DNA of 64,000 nt. Source: Heptranchias perlo (Eukaryota). The stretch is from assembly GCF_035084215.1 (NCBI RefSeq), contig NC_090353.1, positions 29,202,001 through 29,266,000 on the forward strand, written 5' to 3'. Made by a program: the position numbers and the translations under genes. The notes below the pieces were generated by a model. It had not been told where the DNA came from and ran no database searches. It worked only from the letters and a program-made list of their open reading frames with translations. This document shows, piece after piece, positions 37,666 through 50,620 of this stretch; position 1 is the first letter of the stretch, and every line of letters starts with the position of its first letter.

Positions 37666-40462
37666 CATTACATAAATATGAAGTTTTGAAAAATCTCAAT
37701 TTATAATAATTTTCCTTTGCTGATAGGAATACGAGTCTCAGGGGTTTTGTCAATTGAGATTGAGTAAGGTTCAGCAGGGTTTTAACTCCTGAGTAAATCA
37801 AACTAGATCTGTGGGAGCTTAACTTCCTTCTGCCCCCACACATATGGGAGTGGGTCGCTCTTTAATAGTAATATATCATAACCGGGACTGCTAGCTTACG
37901 ACGACTGATAAATTCCATTTTTATTACATAGGCTTCTGTGGATTTTTACTGGCATTTTGGGGATGGCCGTATGCTTTTCCATAAAACCTGCAAAACTAGA
38001 GGCCTAACTTGCCATGAAATACCTCTGCTACTTCACACTAAATGTCCTTTCTCCATACGATCAAAGGCGATGATTTTGATCAAGCACTGCTGTGTATCAA
38101 AATGCTTGAATGACTTAAGGTTCACCACCCATTCGGTTTCTGAGTGAGTTGTCCAGAAGCTTTTAGAATTTTCAATAAAAGCAGCCCATTTTTCCACTTA
38201 CTGCTGTGTCCTGTGATGTGAAGGCATTGGTAGCACTCTCACCTCTCAGGCAAGTTGTCCCACTCCAGAAACTTGAGCACATAATTCAAGCTGACACTTC
38301 AGTGCAGTATTGAGGGAGTGCTGCACTGTCAGAGGTGCTGTCTTTTGGATGAGACGTTAAATTGAGGCCTTGTCTGCCCTCTCAGGTGGACGCAAAATAT
38401 CCTGTAGCACTGTTGAGCAGGGGAGTTCTCCTGATGTCCTGACCTACATTTATCCCTTAACCAACACCTAAAACATATGGGTCTAAAAATTTGGGCCCAC
38501 TTGGAATGGGAACAATCCCTGAGCCTGAATGGTGAGGCTCGAGGGGGCCCCCGATATTGGGCTTCGGGCCTCATTTCCACTGAGTCAGCGAGTTGCGAAG
38601 AGCAACAGGCAGCTCGAAAACCGGGCGCTGCACGGCCAAAGTTCTAGGCCACGATCTGGTCATTTATTTCATTACTGTTTGTGGGAGCTTGCTGTGCGCA
38701 GATTGGCTGCTGCGATTCCTACATTACAACGCTTTGAAAGTACTTCATTGGCTGTAAAGTACTTTGGGACGTCCTGAGATCGTGCAAGGTGCTATATAAA
38801 TGCGTCTGTCCATCTGACTTTCTTTCCTTCGTTCATTCATTCAAGTTTGGAAAAAATTTTCATCACCAGCACAATAAACTTTAGCAATCACCATAATGCC
38901 ATGCTCTGCCCTGCCATGCCCCTGCCCGGTTTTGGACTTGCAACAAGAGCAAGCTATGAAGTGTTAATGACAGAACAAACTCCAGTAACGCCCACAACAT
39001 GCCCATTGCCGAGCTCTGTGGAGATTTTGCAGATAACATGTGCATGGAGTTCTGCAGCTGTGAGGTAAACTAGAGCTGAGGCTTAGTCTCCAGCCTACTG
39101 CACGCTGAGTCAAAGAAACACGGGATACTTCATCAGCAAGCTTGACTTTGTCAAAATAAAATCAATTAAACTAACCCGCCGACATTGGCAAGTTTCTGAG
39201 TGGGTAAAAGGAGCGCTGACATAATTTGACAAATCTTGAATTTCCCAAAGTTTGGTCTGTACACAGAGCTAGAAATCTATCTCAACATGTCCGCCATGAA
39301 TTGTTATCTTATTGATAGTTTCGTTTCCAGCATTTGCCGACATAAGCAACTTTTCTTTTCTCAACATATCCAGCTTATCAAATCGAGTACTGTGTTCAGT
39401 GATGGGCATCATGGCCCAGGGGAAACATTTTAGCCATGAAGGTGGTGCAGGGAAGAGCCAAGAGGTTGTTTCCTAGCATCAAAGAACTGAACCTCGAGGA
39501 AAGACTAGAGAAAATGCAAATCTTTAGCCTTGAAAGGAGGAGACTGAGAGGAAACCTTGTAGAAGTATACAAGATATTAAAATAATATAGATAGGGTAAA
39601 CATAGAGCACTACCAGGTTTACTAGCACTACTATACAGGATATGGGCAAACCCTGGTGAAAGATCAATTTAGGACAGATGCCAGGAAGAACTTGGAGTAA
39701 AGAGTAGGCAACACCTGGAATGGTCTTCCAGTAGGATGGTGGAAGAAAAAGTTTAGATCTATTCAAGATCCATTTTAGATAATATGATGGCAAGGTGGCA
39801 AAGTTTGTCTTTGGATGGTAGAGCTAAGATGGGTTGAATGGCCTCCCTCGTCTGTATTTTTCTAGTGATCTTGTGGATGCGTTGACAAATTCTCCCATCT
39901 CAGTGATTAGTCAGTGTCTAAAACACTGTTTGTCTTGATTTTATTGCCTAATTATCAGCACAATAATAAGAAAAAGTCAATAAATTTGGCAAAGCAAAAC
40001 TAGCTAATTCAAAATTCCTCTATGTAAACTACCCTACTGGGCAGCATCTTGGCTGAGGTCAGGACAGATACCAGGTGCCTCACGGGGTTCATTCCTAGCC
40101 TTTTGTTCTTCGTAACTGCAGACAATGGGAGTCATTCATATTCCCCCATTACCTAGTCTGTAGATAAAGCCTGACTGCATACTTCCTGTCGTGCCCCATG
40201 TCACCGTTGCTGTTTGATGTATTCGGCAAACAGCCTACAGAAGGTCGGTGAATAGATGAAACTCAAACCCAATGACAGGGATCTAGTGTTAGATATTTTG
40301 GCTGCAAATCTGTCCCCACTACTGTGTCACAGGCTGCTATTTTCTTCAACAGTGATGAGTTTGCATTTTACATCTGTGATGGAAGACCTGAGCGCTAATA
40401 ATTGGGGGCAGGGAGGAGGAGATAAAATGTCTATTTTGTTAATAGATTTGCTAATTGACATC

Positions 40463-40467
40463 CACAT

Positions 40468-40498
<31 letters not shown>

Positions 40499-40543
40499 CA
40501 CAGACGCACACACACAGATGCACACACACAAACACACAAACAC
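40463..40543. repeat. (CA)n microsatellite, interrupted
   Basis: Direct observation. Confidence 0.95.
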
Positions 40544-40578
40544 TTACAGCAGAGGTCACTGGATAGCAATCAGTAACT

Positions 40579-40788
40579 AGAAACAAAGACAGAAAAGGTT
40601 GAAAATACTCTGCAGGTCAGTCAGCATCTGTGGAGAAACAGAAATCGACTCTTCAGGTCTAAGTCCTGAGGAAGAGTCTAAAGATTGGAATCGTCGACTT
40701 CTGTATCTCCACAGATGCTGCCTGTCCTACTGAGCATTTCCAGCTTTTTCTGTTTTTATTTCCAACATCTGCCGTATTTTTTTTATTT
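40579..40788. mobile_element. Head-to-head inverted pair of Penelope-like termini with degenerate hammerhead
   Basis: cagcatctgtggaga and its inverse tctccacagatgctg both present. atcagtaact is duplicated at 40569-40578 and 40789-40798. Degenerate core AAGTC-CTGAGGA...GAAT-cg-TC-GACTT. Confidence 0.7.
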
Positions 40789-40888
40789 ATCAGTAACTGG
40801 AACTCTGGTTGACCTAGGGGTGAGGCAACTGTGGTGCCCCTTACTGCTGCCTGGGCTGAAATCAAAGGTTTATTTTTAAATACAGGAC

Positions 40889-40954
40889 TGAAGGAGGGCT
40901 GCATTGCAAGAAAATTGATCTTGAAGGAGAGCTGCATTGCAAGAAAATTGATCT
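40889..40954. repeat. 33-bp tandem duplication
   Basis: tgaaggag(g/a)gctgcattgcaagaaaattgatct twice, one mismatch. Confidence 0.9.
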
Positions 40955-41114
40955 AAGTCAATGCTGAACAAAGCTTGCCACTAAGTGAATTGGACTTCTT
41001 TAGCGACATTTTTATATTAGTTAACAGGGTCGCAGGGGCTCTGCCGTTTGTATTATCAGGTGCCACTGCTCCTACGGTCAACCTGTTGGAAGCCAGAGAC
41101 ATGTGATTCCCAAT

Positions 41115-41670
41115 AGAACATAGGAACAGGAGGAGGCCAATCAGCCCCTCGAGCCTGTTCTGTCATTCAATTAGATTGTGTCTGATCTGTACCTCGATAC
41201 CATTTACCTGCCTTAGCTCCATTTCCCTTAGTATCCTTGCCAAACAAAAATCTATCGATCTCAGTCTTGAAAGCTCCAATTGTCCCGTAGCATCCACAGC
41301 CTTTTGGGGGAGAGAATTCCAGATTTCTACTGCCTTATGTGTGAAAAAGTGCTTCCTGATTTCCCTCCTAAATAGCCTAGCTGTAATTTAAAGATTTTCT
41401 CCCCTCATTCTTAATTTCCCCATCAGAGGAAATAGTTCATCTGTATCTACCCTATCTTTAACACTTTAAACACCTCGATCAGGTCACCCCTCAATCTTCT
41501 ATACTTAAGGGAATATAAGCCCAGTTTAAGCAACCCGTCCTCATAATTTAACTCTCTAAAGCCCCCGTATCATTCTGGTGAATCTGCGCTGCACCGTCTC
41601 AAAGGCCAATATATCCTTCCTGAGGGGCAGTGCCCAAAACTGAACACAGTGCTCCAGATGGGGTCTGGTA
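41115..41670 (-). mobile_element. CR1 LINE 3' fragment
   Basis: Reverse CR1 tail agaacataggaacaggaggaggcca..ccctcgagcctg, and gtgaaaaagtgcttcct. Confidence 0.88.
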
Positions 41671-43654
41671 CATTGGTACAGGTGGAGGATTCCAACCCTG
41701 CACTTTTGCTTTTAAACTGAGATCCAAAAAATAACATTGTTCTCTGCTGCTGTTGGAATAATAGAGGTCAGGTTCGTTATACTTAAGAGGGCGGCAGGTG
41801 GTGGGAGAATGGAAAGTTTGCGAGCGGCTGCACTCCAACAGTTAAAGAATCCTCCGGTTAGACGTTCAATCTTTAAAATAAAGGACTTCACAGTTTGACC
41901 AGAATCTGACAGTCCCCCACCATACATTCACATATGTTCAAAACCACATTTGCGAATTACACCACACATAAGTACATTGCTGCACAAAACCCCCCTCCCC
42001 CCAGCCCCGGAGATATTGAAATGATTTGGGGTGAGGCAGACTTAATGGCAACACCCACTATAGATGTTGGCCAAGGTTTTTCCGCTTCTGCCCTCGCCCA
42101 CCTGCAAGTTTTCTTAAAGGTCTGAGATTCGGGAGCCCAGTGGCACTAGCACAGGTCTCGCACAACATAAAAGGGCCCCAGGAAGTGACCTCACTGATGT
42201 GTACAAGATGGTAAATGGCACGGTAAATCCAGGCCACTACTTCAAGCTAACTCGTGAGAGCAGAACAAGAGGCCACAGGCTCAACTATTGTGAAAGGCTA
42301 ATGTCATTACGTTCTTCACATGAAGAGTGATCAACACATGGAATGGGCAGGCTACTGGAGGCAAAAACCCTGGAATCATTCACGATACAATTGGATGCCA
42401 TAATGGGGGACTGTAGGTTCTTTCTGATGGATGAGCTAGGATAGAGCAAATGGCCTTCCTCACCCGTGTCTATCTTGTGTTCTTGTGAACTGAGACCAGT
42501 TCAGATTCCTGAGGGGACAACGCGCATGTGGATTCAACACCTGAATCCCATGTGTCTAAGAAAATGTCTGCTGCTGCCCCCACCATTTTCATCCCACAAT
42601 GCTTTGCCACAGGAAGTGGTTGAGGCAGGGATTGCATTTTAAGGGAAAACTGAATAAATGTTAGAAGCAGAAGATACAAGGCTTTGGGAGATAGCGGGGC
42701 AGTGGTATTAGTTTTGGATTGCTCTAGCCAAGAGCTGGGACAGACACGACGGGCCAAATGGCCACGATGGAGCAAATGGTCACCTTCTGTGCTATAAACT
42801 TCTGATTCTATGGTTCTTTTCCCTTCCCCCCATCTAGCTTTGAGCATGGACCGAATGAAGGAACCATAAAAATGAGAAATAAAGATTTTAAAAATTGGAA
42901 ATAATCCAAGCAGAGGCTTGATCTGCTGGCTCATGAATTCACCCCCAAGTATAAACAGGCAGTTACAGGAGCCAGACTGGGAACATAACAGTAAGACTCG
43001 TCCAATAAATACAATGTCCTCTGCTATCCTTAATAAGATTTTAATAGCGTGGTTTCTCGTGGGTCAAACTGATTTGCTGTTTGGCCACCCCAGGTTCAAC
43101 ACTACAATTAATTCTGGGCAGTTCATTAATTTAATAGTTTCATCTCTGACACTTCCAATTGCACTTTACAGAGGATCTGTAGAAGAACAGTAGTTACTGC
43201 CAGCAAGTCCTCGCATTCTTCCTCAGCGCTAGAACACTGTCCCTAGTCGCATTAGTCCGCCAGCCACTGGGGTTAGGGAAGAATTGCAATAAGCCATGAG
43301 GATCAGACACAGCAAGGAACAACAGTTCTTCACCCCGCGTTGTACTGAGCCGTATGACTAGGGAGGTTCTATGTTCAATCTCTGATCTGAGTTACCTGAC
43401 CTCAGCAGTTTAGGACACTACAAGTTAGTCTCAGTACCTCTGGACTACAGTATGAAAAATAAATCAGCCAGCTTGCCCACTGTGGCCCAGATGTTATTTA
43501 TATTCAGTGGCCCCTGCTAGAACTAGAAAGTGTGTACAGGGGCGCCAGGTTCGGACAGGTTGGTCGCAGCTGTAATGCCCATCACAGTAGAACAGCCTGC
43601 CAACATTTACTGTCTAAGCCTCTTGGGAGAGGTAGCAGAGGGCTGCTCGGTCCT

Positions 43655-43970
43655 CTGGAACGGTAGCCTAGAGCATCGGTACCTCCAGGAGGGGACAGCG
43701 TACTGGAGCGTTATCAGTACCAACAGGATGGTAGCCCAGGTGAGTCGCCACCTTCAGGTGAGGGCAGTGTACTGGAGCGTTATTAGTACAAATGGAATAC
43801 TCCAGGGCAAGTTGGCACCTTGAGGACGGCGTCCTGCAGCGTTATCAGTATCTCAGCACTCATGGGACGGTACCCCAGAGCGAGTTGGCACTTTCAGTTG
43901 AGGGTGGCGTATTGGGGCGCTATCAGTACTGATGGAATGGTACCCCAACGCGAGTTGGCACTTTCTCACA
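43655..43970. repeat. Diverged tandem repeat of about 65-75 bp, roughly 4-5 copies
   Basis: Recurring gtactggagcgttatcagtac..ggtacccca..gagttggcac(c/t)tt. Confidence 0.8.
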
Positions 43971-45502
43971 GGAATGGAGTAAATTGCAGCAATAAACAAA
44001 CATCCTGAAAGCTGAGAACATCACTTTGTTTTATAACACAACCAATGTTAAAAATATTCCTTGCCTCCAACTAGCTGATGAGTGAAACAGCCAGGCCCGG
44101 ACATAACTTGATGTAGTGACAATATCTTCAAGTGGCTTTGGGGTGTCCTGCTTTGTAATTTGTGCAGTCAGGCAGTGCTTAGGGGCCAAGATGCTTGTTT
44201 ACTGATTAAATGAACTCTGAATTCAGCACCGGAGGACATTCAAGATATCAATACCTGCAGCCAGGTCAAATCAACCGTGAAGGACTATGTGCTCCCAGTT
44301 CCTAGGCACTCTCTTTAATCATATCTGTCAACTAGCCTGCATCTGGAGGCGCTCGTCTAGTGCAGCATCTGCTCCTACCGGTCTTTTTTATTTTATCACA
44401 ACTATTCTTGCTCCAAATGGTTAACCTAATTTTTTCCTAAAACCATTTGAAAATTTACATGGAGAGATAATTATCAATTATCTCCACGTTTTATTTTAAT
44501 ATTTTGCCCTCCGATATTCCCCCCCCCCCCCCACACTTTGAAGGTCATGACTGCTGATGGGGTACAGTTCCACAGATGCTGACCACCCTCTGGTACCCCG
44601 CTCAAGTGGGTGTTCTTTACATGCGGGCATTGAGGGTGAATGTCTGCAGGCTGTTGGCACGCAGGGCACCAGAGCTGCCCTCGTCCAATAACCAAGCAAG
44701 CTGGCTTTCCAACAAAAACCGCAGAACTGCGATCAACAGGAAAGATTTACTCTGCGGACTACATGCTAAGAAGGTGCTTATGACTTTGAGACACAGAGCA
44801 CACTAGGGAAATCTTCTCCCCCTCTGCCCACCCCCACCCACCCAGGAACTGGAACCTTGGCTGATTTCTCCCCTTCTTCGCCCACAGGCCAATTTTTTGA
44901 CCTGTGTAAATCACTGCAGCTTCAGTCTGTAGGCCCTTTGTTGTCCCCAAGTCTATTTACACATTGGTTTTAATGAGAGTGTTTGCACTGTTTCTGCAGG
45001 AAACGGCGGTTTAGGATGTTTGGACTGTACTCGTTGAAATGTGAGCCGAGGATGTTTGCACTGCATTGCTGGAACTGTGAACTGTGCATCTGTGTTAGAA
45101 TCCCTTGGAAATGGGAAAGAAAAGGATTTACGTGCTTCCCTGAATAAAAATAAAGGATTTCTAGCTGAATGCAGCATCTTTTTGAATATGTTTACACACA
45201 GTGACCACAGTAGTTTCTTCCCCCTAAATGTGAATTTATTCTTTGCATTGTGTTTGTAAACCCTGCCCCGGGCTTTTTATTTCTCTTTCAAATGAAGTTG
45301 TAAAAGCAGGCACACTTGGGTAGATGCCTACCCAGTCTGGTCCAGCTCATCCCTGCCCAGCCTGGGTTGATTCTGTATGCTAACTTGTGGATCTTATGAT
45401 GGGCGCTTTGGAGCGATACTCTCACGTGAGAATTAAGGGAGTAGAACTTAGCTGCTGTTACGCTGCAGCCTGAGTCTTGGGAGAGAAAATAAAAATTTTA
45501 AA

Positions 45503-45912
45503 TTACATCGAGTTACACTGATACTACAGCACAGAAACAGGCCATTCGGCCCAACTGGTCTATGCCGGCGTTTATGCTCCACACAAGCCTCCACCCTCCC
45601 GACTTCTTCTACCCCTATCAGGATACTCTTCTATTCCTTTCTCCCTCATGTGCTTATCTAGCTTCCCCTTAAATGCATCTATGCTATTTGCCTCAACTTC
45701 TCCTTGTGGTAGCATGTTCCACATTCTCACCATTCTTTGGGTAAAGAAGTTTCTCCTGAATTCCCTATTGGATTTATTAGCTACTATTTTATATTTATGT
45801 CCTCTAGTTTGGGATTCCCCTACAAGTGGAAACATTTTCTATCAAACCCCTCAAGGACCTCGATCAGGTTGCCCCTCCGCCTTCTCTTTTCTAGAGAAAA
45901 GAGCCCCAGCCT
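45503..45912 (-). mobile_element. CR1 LINE 3' fragment
   Basis: ORF reads TRGHKYKI..FRRNFFTQRMVRMWN. Confidence 0.88.
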
Positions 45913-46342
45913 TGCACGATCTCGGGACATCCCAAAGCGCTTTACAGCCAATGAAGTACTTTTGGAGTGGAGTCACTGTTATAAGGTAGGAAACGCGGTA
46001 ACCAATTTACGCACAGCAAGGTCCCACAAACAGCAATGTGATAATGATCAGATAATCTGTTTTTAGTGATATTGGTTGAGGGATAAATATTGGCCAGGAC
46101 ACTGGGGAGAACTCCCATTGTTTTTCTTCAAAATAGTGCCACAGGATCTTTTACCTCCACCTGAGAGGGACAGTGTAACATCTCATCCGAAAGACGGCAT
46201 CTCCGACGGTGCAGCGCTCCCCCAGTACTGCACTGGGAGTGCCAGCTTAGATTTTGTGCTCTAGTCTCTGGAGTGCAACTTGAACCCATGGCCTTCTGAC
46301 TCAGAAGCGAGAGTGCTACCAACAAAGCCAAGGCTGACACCT
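45912..46342 (-). mobile_element. Deu-domain SINE, near full length
   Basis: Same consensus as 31920-32334. Confidence 0.9.
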
Positions 46343-46704
46343 AATCGAAAGCATCCTAATTGTGCCACTTTCTTGCGTTAAGCAGGAGACAGTGCTGGCA
46401 GCCTTGCCGTAACTGCCAGCACGGTGAGACTCATTGCTCTGCACCGATGCAGACTGGCCATGGCTGGTGCACATGCGTAAAGGGTTGGCATCACAATGTC
46501 ACTTGGGACACAACAATCGTGTGCCCAACGCGGTCATTATCGGTAAATGGGCAGCTGGCACCAGGACAGAGCCCGTTCACTGGTCCCAGGAAGGTCGCCA
46601 GCAGTCCTGAACATCCAGTGAAAAAAATAAACAGGTCTTCCGGGCTACATATCCACAAAAGAAATTGGCAAGCTTATCTTCACGATACCACCAGCGCATG
46701 AGAC

Positions 46705-46980
46705 TAGGGTTGCCAACTTTGGTTGGACGTATTCCTGGAGATTTCAACCCTTCACTTCCTGCCTCCAATTGCCCACCAGGCCAACCAGCCTTCCCCCCGC
46801 CCCCCCCCATCTCCAATATTTTTATAACTAATAATAACAAAAAAAATGAAGAAAATAAACACACCATTTTTTCTAATGCTCCTTTGATTTTACTCCTGGG
46901 TTGCTCACCGCAGTGTCCAGGAGATTAAAATCCATAATTTGTGGAGGCTCCAGGACAATCCTGGAGGGTTGGCAACCCTC
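46705..46980. mobile_element. hAT MITE, same family, opposite orientation
   Basis: tagggttgccaac ... gttggcaaccctc, with TSD catgagac/catgagag (7 of 8 match). Confidence 0.85.
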
Positions 46981-47534
46981 CATGAGAGCCAAGCTACAGG
47001 AACTGGCACCCGAAGAACAATATGAAAGCAGCTCAAGAGAGACGACTGTGGATAAGGTGCACATGACAGCTTTAGGGAGAATGAAGAGTTAATTTAGGCA
47101 AATGTACAAGAACAATGCGTTTATTATCCAGCTGGACTGTTACTCACGGTACGGATGCTGAACACCACCGTTCAAAGAGAATGTGATCCTTTAAACCATC
47201 TTCCCCCACAGCCCTGCGTCAATTCACGAGCTGTCCAAACCCCTCTGCTGCCTGAACGTGTTACACGCTTCAGTGAGTTTCGAATTAAAATACACTAGAC
47301 TCCATCTTCCCCTCCCCTGTGCTGACGCAACCCCCGGTGGTGAGTCTGACACAAGCGTAGCCAACTGTTACAAAAATGTACACATTACCCTCTGGCATTG
47401 CCCTAAAGATGAACATGAGTTACTGCATAAATAATTTCTGTGTGGAATTTTTGCCCACATCAACAGCCATTTTATGACTATGCGAACTGGTTTAATGAGA
47501 AAATGATAGAACCAAGAGGTAAGTAATGTCTTTT

Positions 47535-47552
47535 ATATATATATATATATAT
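47535..47552. repeat. (TA)n microsatellite
   Basis: Direct observation. Confidence 0.9.
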
Positions 47553-47720
47553 AAAATAATAATTAATTCATTCCAAAAGATATAAGGTTGTGGAATCCTG
47601 TCTCATGATGAGCAGAAGGGAAAAAAAATAATAATTAAAATGAAAAGTGAAATGTGTTTTAAAACTAGAGAGGAACAGATTTTATACTGTTTTGCCTCTG
47701 CCACGTCATCACCATTGTTG

Positions 47721-48772
47721 CCAGTGAGTGAGGGACTGAACAGGTAAATACCAGTCAGTGAGAAAGGGACTGTACAGGTAAATACCAGGCAGTGAGAGAG
47801 GGACTGTACGGGTAAATCACCAGGCAGTGAGAGAGGGACTGTACAGGTAAATACCAGACAGTGAGAGAGGGACTGTACAGGTAAATACCAGTCAGTGAGA
47901 AAGGGACTGTACAGGTAAATCACCAGGCAGTGAGAGAGGGACTGTACAGGTAAATACCAGTCAGTGAGAGAGGGACTGTACGGGTCAATACCAGTCAGTG
48001 AGAAAGGGACTGTACAGGTAAATCACCAGGCAGTGAGAGAGGGACTGTACAGGTAAATACCAGTCAGTGAGAGAGGGACTGTACAGGTAAATACCAGTCA
48101 GTGAGAGAGGGACTGTACAGGTAAATACCAGTCAGTGAGAGAGGGACTGTACAGGTAAATCACCAGGCAGTGAGAGAGGGACTGTACAGGTAAATACCAG
48201 TCAGTGAGAAAGGGACTGTACAGGTAAATACCAGGCAGTGAGAGAGGGACTGTACAGGTAAATACCAGTCAGTGAGAGAGGGACTGAACAGGTAAATACC
48301 AGGCAGTGAGAGAGGGACTGTATAGGTAAATACCAGGCAGTGAGAGAGGGACTGTACGGGTAAATACCAGTCAGTGAGAGAGGGACTGTACAGGTAAATA
48401 CCAGTCAGTGAGAGAGGGACTGTACAGGTAAATACCAGGTAGTGAGAGAGGGACTGAACAGGTAAATACCAGTCAGTGAGAGAGGGACTGTACAGGTAAA
48501 TCACCAGGCAGTGAGAGAGGGACTGTACAGGTAAATACCAGTCAGTGAGAGAGGGACTGTACAGGTAAATACCAGTCAGTGAGAGAGGGACTGTACAGGT
48601 AAATACCAGTCAGTGAGAGAGGGACTGTACAGGTAAATACCAGTCAGTGAGAAAGGGACTGTACAGGTAAATACCAGGCAGTGAGAGAGGGACTGTACAG
48701 GTAAATACCAGTCAGTGAGAGAGGGACTGTACAGGTAAATACCAGTCAGTGAGAAAGGGACTGTACAGGTAA
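47721..48772. repeat. 34-bp minisatellite, about 31 near-identical copies, with degenerate copies to about 48870
   Basis: Unit ccag(t/g)cagtgagagagggactgtacaggtaaata, with occasional 35-bp 'aaatcacc' variants. Confidence 0.97.
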
Positions 48773-49189
48773 GTGCTAATCAGCGATGGAGGGATTCTAT
48801 GATGAGCACCAGTGAAGAAGGGACCTAATGGAGAGTACCAATCAGTGATGGTGGGACTTTACAGTGTGTACTTAACAGTAATTGCCAGCATCAATCAGCG
48901 ATCAAGCGTCTCCACAATGATTACCCTTATTAAAAATATATTTTAAAAAAATAATTCGCTAAAGTGTTTTTGCTTTTGGAATCTTTGTTTTCAGGATGAT
49001 TTTACCCCTCACCAAGTAAACAAACAAGCATCCAGAACAACTGGAATACACCATTTCCGGGGTAAAGGTCTCACCCCATATTTGAAAGATGTAACAATGC
49101 ATGCAAACTGGGCATTGCTGTATAGGAATTAAAACTCAATTTTTAAGAAATCAATTTATATTATTTAGTAACAAGAAAAACAAACTTAC

Positions 49190-49252
49190 CTCTTGAGAGA
49201 GGAAAGGGATAATTTGTGCGCAAATTGTGCTCAGTCTCTTCACAATTTCTGC
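49190..49252 (-). CDS. TLE2: TLE/Groucho co-repressor coding exon, Q domain (equivalent to vertebrate TLE exon 5), 63 nt, phase 0/0
   Basis: Minus strand reads tttttttttgttacag|GCAGAAATTGTG...TCTCAAGAG|gtaagt and translates to AEIVKRLSTICAQIIPFLSQE. This matches the TLE Q domain, and 'KRLS..CAQIIPFL' is closest to TLE2 as I recall it. The paralogue call is less certain than the family call. Confidence 0.95.
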
Positions 49253-49544
49253 CTGTAACAAAAAAAAATGGACATGTAAATTTTGGATAATGCTACAGTT
49301 TAATCATGCTCCTTTGATACAATGATCAAACACACAGTAATGGTTGGGACAGTTTCTGTCTTCAGTCTGTGTGGAGCTGAGCCCAATTCTCATCACAGTA
49401 ACGTTGCCCCTCATAGCATCCTGACATTTTCCGAGCCAATGGTGCATATATACAAGGTCAGAATTACCCTCGTCTCTGGTCCAGGGCCTATTTGTACCTG
49501 TTAACCTGAATAAACTATTTCATAGAATATAAATATTTACATTC

Positions 49545-50078
49545 TTTATAAATCACTGGTTAGGCCTCAGCTGGAGTATTGTGTTCCATTCTGGGCACCA
49601 CACTTTAGGAAGGATGTCAAAGCCTTGGAGAAAGTGCAGAGGCAATTTACTAGAATGGTACCAGGGATGAGGGACTTCAGTTATGTGGAGAGACTAAAGA
49701 AGCTGGGATTGATCTCCTTACAGCAGAGAAGGTGACGGGGAGATTTAATAGTGGTGGTCAAAATGATGAAGGGAGAAACTATTTCCACTGGCAGGAGGGT
49801 CGGTAACCAGAGGACATGGATTTAAGATAAATGGCAAAAGAGCCGGAGGGAGATGAGAAGCAACTTTTTTATGCAGCAATTGTAATGATCTGAAATGCAC
49901 TGCCTGAAAGGGTGGTGGAAGCAGATTCAATAGTAACTTTCAAAAAGGAATTGGATAAATACATGAAAAGGAAAAAAATTACAGGGCTATGGGGACGAGC
50001 AGGGGAGTGGGACTAATTGGGTCGCTCTTTCAAAGAGCCGGCACGGGTACGATGGACCGAATAGCCTCCTCTGTGCTT
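49545..50078 (+). mobile_element. CR1 LINE 3' fragment
   Basis: ctggagtattgtgttccattctgggcaccacactttaggaaggatgt ... accagaggacat ... 3' tail. Confidence 0.88.
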
Positions 50079-50222
50079 GGTTAGCTAGATAGATCGCTAG
50101 AGAGGGTTAGCTAGACAGGCAGACATAGATTTATACCAAAGAAACCTGCATAATTGCCTCCATGTAAATAGGGTGTAGGAGGTTATTTATAAGAGTGAGT
50201 AAATGAGGTAGGAATTGGTATA

Positions 50223-50620
50223 AAAAGCAAAATACTGCAGATGCTGGAAATCTGAAATAAAAACAGAAAATGCTGGAAAAGCTCAGCAAGTGAGACAGCA
50301 TCTGTAGAGAAAGAAACAAAGTTAACGATTCAGGTTGAAAACCTTTCATCAGAACTGATATTCAATAGTAACTTTCAAAAGGGAATTGAATATATACTTG
50401 AAAACGAAAAAATTACAGGGCTATGGGGAAAGAGCAGGCAAGTGGGACTAATTGGATAACTCTTTCAAAGAGCCAGCACAGGCACAATGGACCTAATGGC
50501 CTCCTTCTGTGCTTGGCTAGCTAGATAGATAGCTAGAGAGGGATGGCTAGACGGTTTTCGACCTGAAACGTTAACTCTGTTTCTTTCTCCACAGATGCTG
50601 CCTGACTTGCTGAGCTTTTC
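50223..50620. mobile_element. Composite Penelope-like insertion: inverted termini enclosing a local duplication, 14-bp TSD
   Basis: taggaattggtata at 50209-50222 and 50621-50634. 50223-50357 is the PLE terminus on the minus strand (hammerhead with GAAA changed to GAAT). 50360-50552 copies 49925-50116. 50553-50620 is the PLE terminus on the plus strand. Confidence 0.8.

Noticed and set aside
44072-44095. CTGATGAgtGAAAC, hammerhead-like boxes
   Set aside because: There is no room for stem II and no element context.
47603-48504. ORFs with repeated YLYSPSLTDWYLPVQSLSH, and the CRISPR-like look of the array
   Set aside because: These are translations of a head-to-tail 34-bp minisatellite. There are no unique spacers or cas genes and the context is eukaryotic.
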